In this document: piece after piece, positions 63,790 to 64,000 of the stretch
Numbering within the stretch: the first letter of the stretch is position 1
Layout: every line of letters begins with the position of its first letter
Virus record (IMG/VR): IMGVR_UViG_3300045988_177228
Span: 1 to 64,000 of that record
Source of the DNA: a virus
Direction: 5' to 3' (one strand)
Length of the DNA: 64,000 bases
Program-made: the position numbers and the translations under genes
Notes under the pieces: model-generated
The model's database searches: none
What the model saw: the letters and a program-made list of their open reading frames with translations, nothing else
What the model was told of the DNA's origin: nothing

Positions 63790-64000
63790 TGACAGCACAG
63801 GCTCCAACACAAGGAACGTTGACCACGGCACAGGCCAGCAATGGCAAACAGCATTACCCACGCGCCTTCGAACGCCCGTGCGCCATCGCGCTGTTGACTC
63901 AAATCAACAGCCATTACGGCAACAAGCCGTTGGATGACGCGCAGGTGGATAACTTCGTCAACGAAATCGACCATACGATTAAAGCCGACGAAGCCCGTCA
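63786..64000 (+). CDS. hypothetical protein, 5' partial (truncated by window end)
   Basis: ATG overlapping previous stop. ORF open to window edge. Confidence 0.4.
   Translation, partial: MMTAQAPTQGTLTTAQASNGKQHYPRAFERPCAIALLTQINSHYGNKPLDDAQVDNFVNEIDHTIKADEAR

Overview
This window is high-GC, actinobacterial-looking DNA (sortase-dependent pilus genes, Bifidobacterium-like codon usage). It carries the hallmarks of a large plasmid or conjugative element rather than core chromosome, and I cannot name the species from sequence alone.

Main content, left to right:
1. 1-6500: an array of about 12 small minus-strand genes. Each is preceded by the same ~22-bp promoter/operator-like box, called the M1-box here.
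2. 6730-9610: an AAA+ ATPase and two hypothetical genes.
3. 9855-13034: a complete diversity-generating retroelement (DGR). It has a reverse transcriptase with the DGR-type LGxxxSQ motif, a 152-bp template repeat (TR), an Avd-like gene, and a secreted target protein whose 3' variable repeat (VR) differs from the TR at 14 positions, every one a TR adenine on the coding strand. The DGR sits at the 3' end of a minus-strand operon encoding a pilin with an E-box, a class C sortase and a 1796-aa adhesin with RCC1 and Cna-B domains.
4. 21318-27029: a minus-strand operon encoding a flotillin, DnaB helicase and a ParB-like nuclease-domain protein.
5. 27230-31254: a plus-strand block that includes an AAA ATPase.
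6. 32150-32930: a striking A/C-rich, G-poor region of about 780 bp.
7. 32941-43959: a putative conjugation module. It has a ParA/MinD-like ATPase, an 886-aa membrane-anchored FtsK/VirD4-like ATPase, small pilin-like membrane proteins and a 1335-aa polytopic membrane protein.
8. 44197-46800: a plasmid partition and replication module with ParA, a small ParG-like protein, a convergent Rep initiator, four 22-bp iterons and an AT-rich stretch.
9. 48554-49753: a solo IS1341-type tnpB.
10. 49779-50804: a membrane-anchored DUF1524/HNH-like nuclease.
11. 51300-61050: a second M1-box-driven array of small plus-strand genes that includes an orphan beta-class DNA methyltransferase.
12. 61049-61980: an XRE-HTH plus ImmA-like metallopeptidase switch with a palindromic operator.
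13. 62218-63789: an AT-hook protein.

A second 39-bp element occurs three times, far apart. Several small paralog families are also present.

The most interesting items are the plasmid-borne DGR appended to a pilus/adhesin operon, and the plasmid-wide M1-box regulon over candidate anti-defence or leading-region-like gene arrays.
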